Origin: a bacterium
Lineage (GTDB): Bacteria > UBA6262 > WVXT01
Reading direction: 5' to 3'
DNA: 54,401 bases
Assembly: GCA_046759165.1 (NCBI GenBank)
Contig: JBHIBS010000006.1
Location: 1 to 54,401, forward strand
Positions within the stretch are counted from its first letter, which is position 1. Each line of letters starts with the position of its first letter. The notes under the pieces are model-generated. The model was given only the letters and a program-made list of their open reading frames with translations. It made no database searches and was not told the origin of the DNA. Positions 9,975 through 19,528 of the stretch are shown here, one piece after another. The position numbers were made by a program, and so were the translations under genes.

Positions 9975-11012
9975 CTAAGCCCTGCGGCTACCGATATAAC
10001 TCTTCCTCAATCTTTCCTTGATTATTTCCGGAGACAATCCATTAAACTTACCTACTATGACAGTCCTGAGGTTCTTGACTTCCATCTCTTTAGCCACCAG
10101 ATAGCCAATTAAGGGTTCAATACCAAAGCTTATATATTTTGCTTCTTTGACGAAGTTTAATAGATAATCATCGAATAACTTTTCTAAAAGAGAGAAGCTT
10201 CCACTTCTCTTCCAGTTTTCAACCCCTCTGTTTACTATTTCGTAATAATCCTTGAATCTCAAACTATTGACAAAGCTCTCCAAGGGACCTTCGAACCATT
10301 CTAAGAAGTGGTCTCTCTCTAAGACCCCTCCAGAAATCAAGCATTTCTCCAGGTAGTCTCTCCCCTTAGCCATCTCCTTCAGTCTTAAGAAAGCTCTGAT
10401 ATTATTGAGATCAATTTGAATTGAAAAGAGTTTCTCCAGAAATTCACACTTTGCTTGCCGCGAAACCTGAAGACAGTGAGAAAGGTATACCTCATCGAGA
10501 GTAATGTCGATTAGCTGGATATTCTTTTCAGAACTAAAGATTCTCTCTATCTTCTGGAGGGCTTCTGCCAAAAGAGCCGGTAATCTGGCGGAATTACCAG
10601 TTTCCACTGCTTCCACAAGCTCTTGCTGATTAACTATGGAAGGAGCCAGGTAGTATGCCTGCTCCACGGGAGCTCCACACTTCTTCTTAAAAGCAACCTT
10701 TATATTATGGAAATCGTTTCGTAAAAGGAAAAGGTCTGTCAATTCGGGATCTTGTGTCAGTTCAGAAATCAACTCGTAGACGCTTCCCATCTGGCGAGAG
10801 AGATGCGAGTCGAAATCCTCCTCCCCTTTGATCAGTGCCAGCCCCTCTGCATAATCCGTATCGCTCAATCCTTTCAGTGCCTGTTCAACATTTTCCGCCT
10901 CGAGAATACTTAAGAGCTTAGGAAAATCGAGTAGCCTTACTTCTCTTGCCCTTATCTTTCCCACAGCATAAGCGTAACGGTTATCCATATGAAAGTTCAC
11001 CGATAACCCCAA
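9975..11012 (-). CDS. ntpC: V/A-type ATPase subunit C
   Basis: YAYAVGKIRARE..LL, DFHNIK, E.KNLR; operon position. Confidence 0.9.
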   Translation of the reverse strand: MGLSVNFHMDNRYAYAVGKIRAREVRLLDFPKLLSILEAENVEQALKGLSDTDYAEGLALIKGEEDFDSHLSRQMGSVYELISELTQDPELTDLFLLRNDFHNIKVAFKKKCGAPVEQAYYLAPSIVNQQELVEAVETGNSARLPALLAEALQKIERIFSSEKNIQLIDITLDEVYLSHCLQVSRQAKCEFLEKLFSIQIDLNNIRAFLRLKEMAKGRDYLEKCLISGGVLERDHFLEWFEGPLESFVNSLRFKDYYEIVNRGVENWKRSGSFSLLEKLFDDYLLNFVKEAKYISFGIEPLIGYLVAKEMEVKNLRTVIVGKFNGLSPEIIKERLRKSYIGSRRA

Positions 11013-11034
11013 AAGATAGCGCAGCGTTTCTTAT

Positions 11035-11084
11035 CTTCGCTCTGCCACTCCTGAGGACATTGGAAAGATAGTTTGTGCACAGCC
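11035..11084. repeat. Family A element, left-arm copy
   Basis: CTTCGCTCTGCC.CT.CTGAG..AAAGATAGTTTGTG shared with 20193-20232. Confidence 0.75.
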
Positions 11085-11681
11085 TCATGTAAACAGGAGC
11101 TTTATAACTTCGTCTTCTGTTTTTTCCCGTAAAGACCTCAATACGTTCTCCCAGGAGTTACTTATCTCTATCTTTCCCGATTTCAGAATAAATCCATCAG
11201 GAATAGACGCTGGTTCAGAGGATAACTTCAGTTCACCCTTTTTACCAGCTTCCACCAATTCAGCATTTACGGTGTTAATCAACTTCTGATCGATTCCCTT
11301 CCTATCTTTCTCGCCAATAACTACGAACTCTTCACCCGTCTGGCAACTCTCCAACATAATTTTCTTTACCAACTGTCGATAATCTCTGCCGTTCAAATTC
11401 CTTATTCTCTTTTCTACTTCCCGATAAAGCTCTCCCAAAATTCTTTGCTTCTCCCCCAGTATTCGCTTGCGTGACTCTAAAGAGGCCAAGGTCACAATTC
11501 TTCCCCTGACTTTCCGGGCATTATCTTCCCCTTCCCGGGTGAGCTCTTGAGCCACCCTTTCTGCCTCTCGTTTGCCTTCCTCAATTATCTGGGAAGCCCG
11601 GGAGTTTGCTTCGTCGAGAATTTTTCTTATCTCTTCTTCACTATCCTGGGCAATCTTCTCAAGAATTTTCTCAAGAGACAT
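11085..11681 (-). CDS. ntpE: V/A-type ATPase subunit E
   Basis: MSLEKILEKI coiled coil, GFIL..G.IEI.NS. Confidence 0.9.
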   Translation of the reverse strand: MSLEKILEKIAQDSEEEIRKILDEANSRASQIIEEGKREAERVAQELTREGEDNARKVRGRIVTLASLESRKRILGEKQRILGELYREVEKRIRNLNGRDYRQLVKKIMLESCQTGEEFVVIGEKDRKGIDQKLINTVNAELVEAGKKGELKLSSEPASIPDGFILKSGKIEISNSWENVLRSLREKTEDEVIKLLFT

Positions 11682-11739
11682 AAGATTTCCTCAAAAACTA
11701 TAGGGGAGCTCTTCATTGCCCACTCTTCATCAGCGGCGG

Positions 11740-12216
11740 TCAGCTTCCCAAGCTAATCCCTGCAAGGAAGAAGAAAGAGGCTACCAATCCCAGAAGGGCA
11801 TATGTTTCTACCAGAGCTGCATAAATTAGCGCTCTCATTTCTGCTCCAGGTTGTTTTGCTGCCACCCCTATTCCAGCAGCACAAACTTTTCCCTGATGAA
11901 TAGCCGAAATCAGCCCGGAAAAAGCAATCGGCATGCAGGCGCCAAAAATTTGCAGGCCTTGATATAAACTAATGACAGGAATTTCCCCAACCAGAAGGCC
12001 CAATTTAATAATAACTAAAAACCCAACCACGAAACCATAAAACCCTTGAGTTCCCGCAAGTGCCACCAGTAGAAACATCCTGCCAAATTTTTCCGGACTC
12101 TCGGATAGGACACCATTTGCAGCCTGACCGGCCAACCCTACGCCTATGCTCGAACCAATGCCAGCCATAAATACTGCCATCGCTCCACCAATAATGGCAA
12201 CTACCAATCCTTCCAT
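11740..12216 (-). CDS. ntpK: V/A-type ATPase proteolipid K (4-TM), Na+-binding type
   Basis: LAGTQGFYG, SAIHQG and VETYA correspond to the NtpK Na+ ligands. Confidence 0.95.
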   Translation of the reverse strand: MEGLVVAIIGGAMAVFMAGIGSSIGVGLAGQAANGVLSESPEKFGRMFLLVALAGTQGFYGFVVGFLVIIKLGLLVGEIPVISLYQGLQIFGACMPIAFSGLISAIHQGKVCAAGIGVAAKQPGAEMRALIYAALVETYALLGLVASFFFLAGISLGS

Positions 12217-12232
12217 CTCAACCCCCTATACT

Positions 12233-12300
12233 GCACGGTTGAAACCGTACCTACGGAATACGAATTCATCCTAATTGTAGGAACACATTCAATCTGTGCA
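12233..12300. repeat. GTAG-type REP doublet (REPIN-like)
   Basis: Minus-strand GTAGGTACGGTTTCAACCGTGC and degenerate plus-strand GTAGGAACACATTCAATCTGTGC in opposite orientation. Confidence 0.55.
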
Positions 12301-12316
12301 TAATCAAATTGATATT

Positions 12317-12358
12317 TAAAAGGTAGTTTGTGAAAAGCTATTTGTAATACAACTATCT
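12317..12358. repeat. Degenerate family A element
   Basis: AAAAGGTAGTTTGTGAA..CAACTATCT; overlaps the ntpI stop codon. Confidence 0.6.
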
Positions 12359-14341
12359 AATTATTGTATATCTTCTCTCCTCGGCAAAAGGTCTGAATGC
12401 TTCCCCTCCGCCTTGAAAAAACTTCATAAAGAACTCAAGATACTGTAATCTGGAAGTGTGCACGTATCCTCCGAATGCATTCATAGCCATGTTGAACAAA
12501 TGTGCCGGGACAAAGAACAGAATTGCTAACAAGAACCCGACATAGGGAAGCCCAGAAATGAGAGATAGAATTTGATTAATTGCAGAAGCCAAAAGACCAG
12601 TGGTTAGGCCCAATGCAAAGAGCCTTAGATAAGAAAGTATATCGGATAGTGCATTCCCTGTTACTACCCCGTACCAGCCAAACCAGCACCAGAAGAGCTT
12701 AAACAGCACTCCCTTGTTTGTAGTCCACTGATTATAAAATATCGCTAAGCTGCTAAGAGAAAATAGTCCCACGCTGACTATGACCAGAAGTGGTGTGGAA
12801 GGCAGAACTTTAAACAGGTAGATGGCTATGAGGAGGGGAAGCGAAAGCTGTATCCCCAGGGCAGGTATTTCTCTAAAGAAAGTATTCTGCCAATCCCTAT
12901 CCCTTATCTCTCTCAACAATCTTATAGTCACTCCTGTCCAGACCTGGATAAAACCCAGCGCCACTGCTACTCCTAAGAAAAGGAGTGAATTTTTTATAGG
13001 GTCGAAAGCAACGACTGCCCCCTTCATACTTTTCAGGAAGTTGAAACCCTCTGGCAATCTGTCAATCATGTTTCCAAACCAGCCACCAGTTACCGCTCCC
13101 CAAAAGATAGAACCCAGGCCCCCGTACCTAATTAAACGGAAAAAGCGCCTCCCCATCGCTCCCATCTTTAATTTCTTCAGAGCGAGCCAGGAAAGCACAA
13201 CCAGAACTATACCATATCCTGCATCGGTGAGACAGAGACCGAAGAAGAGTGCAAAGAACGGTGCCAGATAGGGGGTGGGATCGATGCTTCCGTATACGGG
13301 GCGACCATAGAGGTCTGTAACAACTTCAAAGGGCTGAACTGCTTTACTATTTTCCAGAACCACAGGCACTTTTTCGCCTTTGTCGGGAAGAGAAACTGTT
13401 ATTTCTATCTCAGGATATTTCTCTTCTAAAGTTTTCTTTATCCCACCCACTCTACCCTCCTGAATCCAGCCGGAAAGGAGAAAGGAACCAGTTGTACGTG
13501 CAAAAAAATCCCGCACTTCCTCCCTCTTCTGGAGATTGTAATAGTGGTCGTATAGAGCCATAAGCTGGGCCTTGTAACGCAATAGAGAAGAGACTTCTTT
13601 CCTCAGTTCCTCTTCCCTGTTCACCGTTTCTCCTATCTCCCTTTCAATCTGGGCAAGGAGCTCCTCGGGCGAATAGTTCAGTTCAGGCAAAAGAGTTTCC
13701 TGAAATTCATACTTCTTTAGAAGAGGGGAGATAGTATCTCTCTCTTCTTTCAGGAAAACAAGCACCATATATATAGAAGTTTTGTCTCGTCGGACTTCAC
13801 ACCAATAACTTCGTGATGAACTCTTCTCCAATTCCCCTAAGAACTTTTCGTAACTTTTCAGACGGACGATTCCCAGAACCACTCGAGTCTTATCTGTATC
13901 CACAAGCTCAGATAAGTTTAACAGTAAATCTCTCCAAGGAATCAAGGTGGTTCTTTGCTCATGAAGTCTCTTCCTTTCGATCTCTAATTTGCGAAACCCC
14001 TCTTCGAGAATCTTACATTGGGAGTAGATCTCATCCAATCTGAAATTCTCTAAAATGTTGGCGAATTCAACTCGATCCAGAACTAACTTCTCTTGGGTTA
14101 AACCTTCCAGGAATATGGATTTTTCCTCAAGGTGGGCGAGAAACTCGAGGAGGTATTCAACTTTTCTCAATCTATGTTCAAAAACGCTCCCCTGCCTCGA
14201 CTCCATAAAATAGTCCTCGCTCAACTCTTTCCGGAGGTCGTTAATCTCGACAACTCCCCATTTCTGGAGGAGTTCAATTATATCTTCCCGTATCGAATTA
14301 TGTCCTATTAGCTGAATTTTTCTAATTTTAGAAATTGCCAT
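12353..14341 (-). CDS. ntpI: V/A-type ATPase subunit I (a)
   Basis: IDPTP, DAGYG, SDILSYLRLFALGL, HTSRLQYLEFF. Confidence 0.96.
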   Translation of the reverse strand: MAISKIRKIQLIGHNSIREDIIELLQKWGVVEINDLRKELSEDYFMESRQGSVFEHRLRKVEYLLEFLAHLEEKSIFLEGLTQEKLVLDRVEFANILENFRLDEIYSQCKILEEGFRKLEIERKRLHEQRTTLIPWRDLLLNLSELVDTDKTRVVLGIVRLKSYEKFLGELEKSSSRSYWCEVRRDKTSIYMVLVFLKEERDTISPLLKKYEFQETLLPELNYSPEELLAQIEREIGETVNREEELRKEVSSLLRYKAQLMALYDHYYNLQKREEVRDFFARTTGSFLLSGWIQEGRVGGIKKTLEEKYPEIEITVSLPDKGEKVPVVLENSKAVQPFEVVTDLYGRPVYGSIDPTPYLAPFFALFFGLCLTDAGYGIVLVVLSWLALKKLKMGAMGRRFFRLIRYGGLGSIFWGAVTGGWFGNMIDRLPEGFNFLKSMKGAVVAFDPIKNSLLFLGVAVALGFIQVWTGVTIRLLREIRDRDWQNTFFREIPALGIQLSLPLLIAIYLFKVLPSTPLLVIVSVGLFSLSSLAIFYNQWTTNKGVLFKLFWCWFGWYGVVTGNALSDILSYLRLFALGLTTGLLASAINQILSLISGLPYVGFLLAILFFVPAHLFNMAMNAFGGYVHTSRLQYLEFFMKFFQGGGEAFRPFAEERRYTIIR

Positions 14342-14342
14342 T

Positions 14343-14663
14343 CTATTTCAGTTGAATTCCAATCTCCCGGAGTATTCGACTCAGTGACCTGTGGAAGCGG
14401 GGTTTGACCTTCTCCTTCAATTTGTCTATTTCCTCTCTTTCTTTCTCAACAATTTTCTTGCTCTGCCTTCGGGCATCCTCCTCCGCTCGAGTAGCCAGTT
14501 CTTTCATTGCCTTCTGTGTCTCTTTCCTGGCTTGAGCGATTAGTTCTTTCTTTCTCTTCAACGCGTCCTGGACTACGGCCTCTGCCTGAACGTGTGCCTG
14601 TTTTATCTTCTGTTGACAATTCTTTTCTACTTCTCTTATTTTCTCAATTGCGGGAGTGACCAT
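14343..14663 (-). CDS. V/A-type ATPase subunit H/G (peripheral stalk)
   Basis: Small charged coiled-coil protein, first gene of the operon. Confidence 0.75.
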   Translation of the reverse strand: MVTPAIEKIREVEKNCQQKIKQAHVQAEAVVQDALKRKKELIAQARKETQKAMKELATRAEEDARRQSKKIVEKEREEIDKLKEKVKPRFHRSLSRILREIGIQLK

Positions 14664-14682
14664 TTTTATTTAACTCAAAATC

Positions 14683-14711
14683 AAAAAAGACCCCATCCTT
14701 CAGGACAGGGA
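14683..14711 (-). terminator. Terminator-like hairpin in the V-ATPase operon leader
   Basis: Minus strand CCCTGTCC-TGAA-GGATGGG-GTCTTTTTT. Confidence 0.5.
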
Positions 14712-14754
14712 ATTAGTAGACTATAAAAATTGCTAAGCTTCGAATTTTTATAGT

Positions 14755-14820
14755 AGAATATAATAAATGGCCTCTAAAGTCAAGAATTTTCTTGACATAA
14801 GGGCTTATTTTTAGTATAAA
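14755..14820. promoter_or_regulatory. Back-to-back sigma70 promoters for the ntp operon and ndk
   Basis: Minus: TTGACT-17-TATTCT (14783-14755). Plus: TTGACA-17-TATAAA (14792-14820). Confidence 0.7.
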
Positions 14821-14857
14821 AACACATACCATTATAGAGAGAAATGGAGAAAATGGA

Positions 14858-15364
14858 TTGATTCAGCAGACTTTAGTTCTCATAAAGCCGGATGGCTTAA
14901 AGAAGTCTCTAACCGGTAATATTCTAACCCGCCTCTCGGAAACAAAGTTGGAGATCGCTGCAGCTAAGATTGTCCGTGTCAGCCGAGAGTTGGCTGAAGA
15001 ACATTACTGCCATATGAAAGGAAAGCCATTCTTTGAAGAACTTATCAAATACATCCGGGGAGAACTACACGAAAGGCGAAAAGTTCTGGCTATGGTCTAC
15101 CATGGAGAAGACGCAATAAGAAAGGTTAGAGAGATCGCTGGCGCCACCAATCCTGAGGAAGCCGATCCTGTTTCCATAAGGGGTGCTTATGGACGTGTCA
15201 CTACCAGGGGCCTCTATGAAAATGTAATCCATACTTCTACGAACGAAGCAGAAGCTGAGAGGGAAATAAAGCTCTGGTTAGAACCAGATGAAATAATATA
15301 CCACCTGTATCCCACTGAGGAGGTAATTGTTAAAAACGCTAAGAAGAGGGCCTGGAAGAAGTGA
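14858..15364 (+). CDS. ndk: Nucleoside diphosphate kinase
   Basis: TLVLIKPDG, GATNP....SIRG.YG, NVIH.S catalytic His. Confidence 0.92.
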   Translation: MIQQTLVLIKPDGLKKSLTGNILTRLSETKLEIAAAKIVRVSRELAEEHYCHMKGKPFFEELIKYIRGELHERRKVLAMVYHGEDAIRKVREIAGATNPEEADPVSIRGAYGRVTTRGLYENVIHTSTNEAEAEREIKLWLEPDEIIYHLYPTEEVIVKNAKKRAWKK

Positions 15365-15433
15365 TTTGAGTGTTCATTGAACACGGCGCCTTATTTTCAG
15401 GCTGGCGTTTTATTATCTAAGAAAGGAACCAAT

Positions 15434-16675
15434 TTGGCTAAAAATAAGGTTTACATTATTGACGTAACTAATAGAGACGGCGTTCAGACTGCCAGGCTCG
15501 GTTTGGCGAAGTTAGAGAAGACGATGATTAATGTCTATCTCAATGAGTTAGGTATCTATCAGAGCGAGTTCGGCTTTCCCGTAACTACCCACGAGACCAA
15601 TTATCTCAATGCCAATCTGGAACTGGCGGAAATGGGAGTCCTCAAACCTATTATCCTCTCCGGCTGGATCAGAGCAATCAAGGAAGATGTAGCAGAGGCT
15701 ACTCGACTAACCAGAGTAAAACATCTGAATCTCTCTATCTCAACTTCCGAGCAGATGGTCCGGGGCAAATTCGAAGGTAAAAAGGGTAGGGAAGACATCA
15801 TTAAAATGATGACTGAAGCCTGTGATAGGGCTAAACAAAAGGAAATTGAAACTTTTGGCGTCAATGCGGAGGACGCATCCCGTACTGACGACGGATATTT
15901 AATCAGATTTGCTCAGGCAGCAAAGGAACACGGCGCCTGTCGCATCCGCTATTGTGACACCTTAGGTTACGATGACCCGTTCAGTATATATGAAAAGGTT
16001 AAACTCTTGGCTGAAGAGGTCGGATTGCCAGTTGAACTACACTGCCATAATGACCTGGGAATGGCAGTAGCTTGCTCGGTGGCTGGCGCCAAAGCCGCGA
16101 TCGACGGCGGAGTCGATGCCTACATCAATACCACTATTAACGGAATGGGAGAAAGGTGTGGAAATGCTGACCTCATCTCTGTAATTTTAGCTACTAAGAA
16201 ATCGAGGGGCTACGAAAATAGATACATTTTGGACGAGAGAGTAGGCGTCTCCTCTGCCTGGAAGATTGCTAAATATGCCTCATATGCATTTGGTGTTCCC
16301 ATTCCAGTCAACCAGCCAGCAGTGGGCGCAAATGCCTTTGCTCACGAGTCGGGGATACATGCTGACGGGGCATTAAAGGATCGAAAAAATTATGAACTTT
16401 ATGACTTCGAAGAACTGGGCCGGGGAGAGCCGGAAATAATAGAAACCGGAAGACTGATCACTGCTGGCGAATATAGCGGGATTAAAGGATTCAGGAATGT
16501 ATACGGAAAATTAGAAGTAGAATTTAAGGACGATAAAGAGGCAAGAAAAATCCTGGAACTTGTCCGTTACGCAAATGTCCACACCCAGAAGCCTCTAACC
16601 GATGGGGAGCTTCGCTTTATAGCCAAATACCCTGAACAAGCGAGGAAGATATTGACAGTTACACCTCAAGGATAG
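15434..16675 (+). CDS. DRE-TIM homocitrate-synthase-family enzyme, probably Re-citrate synthase
   Basis: DVTNRDGVQT, HCHNDLG, GMGERCGNA, HESGIHADG; recalled similarity to the Dehalococcoides Re-citrate synthase type; TTG start after AAGGA. Confidence 0.75.
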   Translation: MAKNKVYIIDVTNRDGVQTARLGLAKLEKTMINVYLNELGIYQSEFGFPVTTHETNYLNANLELAEMGVLKPIILSGWIRAIKEDVAEATRLTRVKHLNLSISTSEQMVRGKFEGKKGREDIIKMMTEACDRAKQKEIETFGVNAEDASRTDDGYLIRFAQAAKEHGACRIRYCDTLGYDDPFSIYEKVKLLAEEVGLPVELHCHNDLGMAVACSVAGAKAAIDGGVDAYINTTINGMGERCGNADLISVILATKKSRGYENRYILDERVGVSSAWKIAKYASYAFGVPIPVNQPAVGANAFAHESGIHADGALKDRKNYELYDFEELGRGEPEIIETGRLITAGEYSGIKGFRNVYGKLEVEFKDDKEARKILELVRYANVHTQKPLTDGELRFIAKYPEQARKILTVTPQG

Positions 16676-16698
16676 GGATATGCTGGAGGAGAAATTCC

Positions 16699-18549
16699 TC
16701 ATTTCTTATTTCTCACTTTGTTTAGTCTCTGTTTCTGTTCTTCTAGTACTTTAAATACTATGTCCGGCGTATCAGGAACTTTCCTCTTATAAATGTTCAT
16801 CAACCTGTCAATCTTAGCCAGGTTTTCCTGGACCCTCAAAGCGAATTGTTTATTGTAGCTTTCTTCAGAGTAATCCTTATTAAGGACCTCTTTAAATAGT
16901 CTTTTAAGATCCTGATACTTTGGTATTAGACCAGCAGGAGTTTTCACTGCTTCAATTTCTTTACGCACACGGAGCTCCATCCACCTAAACCAGACTTTCT
17001 TGTCAGACTTGCTGTTCAAAAACTTTCCATTCGAATCTTTAAGAAAATAGTTTACAGAAAAGATAATCGGGGGACTTTCTAATCCATTACCAAAGTTCAG
17101 ATTATCCTGTATATACCTAGCCATAGGTATTGAGAGAAAATCTAAATTGGACATGGGGTTATGTTTTCTGACACCTTCTTTGCCTAAGGTTGCAGCTGTA
17201 GTTTCTGACTCGATAGATGCACCTTTGGTTACTATACCGTGTATCCAGTCAAAGGACTCTTCCACAGGGACCCATGTATCTGAGTCCCTGCCTCCATATA
17301 CGATTCCTCCTATAACAACCCCTTCTGGATTGTCCATTTCCAAGTCCCTGTTCTTAAGAAGCTTCATTTCAAGAGTGAACCGAGCATTCGGATGTGATGG
17401 TTTTATCTCATCACCTTTGGCATCTTTCTTACCAAGTGTCCATTCACCTGAGTAGTTAACTCCCCGTTTTGGAACTTCTCCACCCTTGCCAATCCAGTAG
17501 GTGCCTCCTTCTTCAGTAACAAGAACATTTGAGAATATGACTTCTCCGGGACTGTGTAGTGCTTCCCATAGCACAGGCTCGTCTACTGAATTCACGTCCT
17601 GAACTATACCAAATATTCCTTTTTCCACATTTACCGCACGAACCATACCATCTTTCTTCCTGAGATAAGCTATGTCATCCCCCACTATGGTCTCATTTTC
17701 TAACATTGCAGTAGAAGTTTTCCCACAAAGAGAAGGAAAAGCCCCAGTAAAGTAAGTAACCCTGTTGCCGGGGCTGTGCACTCCCATAATAAACATGTGC
17801 TCTGCTAACCAGCCTTCCTTTGATGCCAAATTTATTGCCAGTCGAATAGCCAGCTTTTTTAGTCCTATTGTGTTGCCCCCATACTGTGTATTCATACTGT
17901 AGACGATGTTTTCTTCAGTATCAATGTATATCCTGCGTTTTTCAATATTTTTACTCACATTGTTTTCAAGTTCTCCCTGTGAATGTACGAACTTAAAGAA
18001 CCTATCAGAGTTGCCCAATCTGATGAACTCTTCATAGCCTGTTCTGTAGAGCAGCTGCTCACTGTGGGCGACATAGCTGGAATCAGTAAGCTGGACGCAG
18101 GGGATGGAGAACTCAGAACCGCAAGGACCAAGACAGAAGAAAAGCACATACAACTTATGCCCTTTCATGATATCTTTAAGAATAGTCCTAATTTCCCTGA
18201 GTCCTTTCTCTTTATCAATTAAATTTAAATTTCGACCTAAATCAGCACCTTCAGATAAAAGGAACTTGGTATTCTCCTTGTCTCTTGCCTGGTCATAATA
18301 TCCATCAAAGTGAACAGTGTGTCCAGGAATAGCAAGCATCTTCTCTTCACCGGTTCTTAATGCTTCCTGCCTGACATATTCTCTTTCTTCCTGTGAATCA
18401 GTGCAGACAAAAACAGTATCAGGATTAGATAGTTCTATATACTCCGCAACGAATTGAAGAAGTTTCGGATTATTTATCCTGCTAAGTTTATTAAGGTCCT
18501 TTTCACTTAATCTGGTCTTAAGTAAGTCTTTTGTATCCATTGAAATCAT
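16699..18549 (-). CDS. pckG: GTP-dependent PEP carboxykinase
   Basis: YGGNTIGLKK, WLAEHM, FPSLCGKT, VGDDIAY, HPNARFT, YGGRD. Confidence 0.95.
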   Translation of the reverse strand: MISMDTKDLLKTRLSEKDLNKLSRINNPKLLQFVAEYIELSNPDTVFVCTDSQEEREYVRQEALRTGEEKMLAIPGHTVHFDGYYDQARDKENTKFLLSEGADLGRNLNLIDKEKGLREIRTILKDIMKGHKLYVLFFCLGPCGSEFSIPCVQLTDSSYVAHSEQLLYRTGYEEFIRLGNSDRFFKFVHSQGELENNVSKNIEKRRIYIDTEENIVYSMNTQYGGNTIGLKKLAIRLAINLASKEGWLAEHMFIMGVHSPGNRVTYFTGAFPSLCGKTSTAMLENETIVGDDIAYLRKKDGMVRAVNVEKGIFGIVQDVNSVDEPVLWEALHSPGEVIFSNVLVTEEGGTYWIGKGGEVPKRGVNYSGEWTLGKKDAKGDEIKPSHPNARFTLEMKLLKNRDLEMDNPEGVVIGGIVYGGRDSDTWVPVEESFDWIHGIVTKGASIESETTAATLGKEGVRKHNPMSNLDFLSIPMARYIQDNLNFGNGLESPPIIFSVNYFLKDSNGKFLNSKSDKKVWFRWMELRVRKEIEAVKTPAGLIPKYQDLKRLFKEVLNKDYSEESYNKQFALRVQENLAKIDRLMNIYKRKVPDTPDIVFKVLEEQKQRLNKVRNKK

Positions 18550-18554
18550 AATTA

Positions 18555-19487
18555 TCAGGGCATCCTCACCACATCACCCCGCTCGAACCCTTCTCCTTCC
18601 AGAATTGTAGCGATAGCATACTTCTTCTCTGGCTTTCTTATCTCTATCTTACCTGCATAAGTCTCTTCAGCACCCAGGCTGAGTCCTGTATCAGGGTCTA
18701 TCAACTCTTCGCCGACTCTGTAGACCTGAAAGATCTCTCCCTTTCTGATTCCAGCATTCGCTCCCACATTGATATAGACTTTATCATTACTCACCTTGAC
18801 TATTTTAGCCTGCCAGGGGACTGTTTCCATTCTATCCACAATTGCATTCACAATCTTCTCTATACATCTGCGAGTTGCCTTGCCCAATGGAGTTTTAGTG
18901 GAGAATCCAGCACCAAGGATGTTGCCAGTCTTAAGTACGCCAGCCAAGACCACACCAACAGATCTTGCCTTAGCTTCCTCACTTGTGGCTTCCATAATCA
19001 CTCCTGTTGTTGCATCGTACATGCGAATATCACAGGCAACGTGAGCACTGGTCGTGGTGAGCCCAGCTCCAGCTTTCTTTCTCAGAAGAACTCCGCCGAC
19101 TCCTCCCCGGCCGACTTTCTCCTCAAACTCAGTAACCGCTCCCCTCACCAATACCTGAGCACCCAATATGTCACCAATCCTTGCTGCTGTCTCTTTTCTC
19201 ACTCTTCCCCTCTCACCGAGGTCCTGTTCCTTGAGTATATCGTGGATCGCTTTCCTTTCCACAACAATGAACTTTCCAGTCTCATGTAAGGCAGTAATGA
19301 GCATCTCGGCCATCCCTGAACCAATCTTCCAGTGTGCACGCGGGACCTTTACTTCAAAATCTATAACCGCGATTCTCTTTTTCGGACCTTTGTACTTTTC
19401 AGCATAAGGCTTCACCTGAGTCTGAGCACAGCCCAGAAAGAAGACCAGTGATAGGATTATAAACTCCCTTAAAAACTTTCTTGCCAT
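18555..19487 (-). CDS. CsgG/HfaB-family lipoprotein with C-terminal beta domain
   Basis: Lipobox-like FLGC, RIAVIDF, L.T.L...GKF.VVER....IL.EQ, GAVTEFE. Confidence 0.8.
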   Translation of the reverse strand: MARKFLREFIILSLVFFLGCAQTQVKPYAEKYKGPKKRIAVIDFEVKVPRAHWKIGSGMAEMLITALHETGKFIVVERKAIHDILKEQDLGERGRVRKETAARIGDILGAQVLVRGAVTEFEEKVGRGGVGGVLLRKKAGAGLTTTSAHVACDIRMYDATTGVIMEATSEEAKARSVGVVLAGVLKTGNILGAGFSTKTPLGKATRRCIEKIVNAIVDRMETVPWQAKIVKVSNDKVYINVGANAGIRKGEIFQVYRVGEELIDPDTGLSLGAEETYAGKIEIRKPEKKYAIATILEGEGFERGDVVRMP

Positions 19488-19528
19488 ATCCACTCCTTTT
19501 CTGTCCTGACTTTTTTTAACCATATCAC

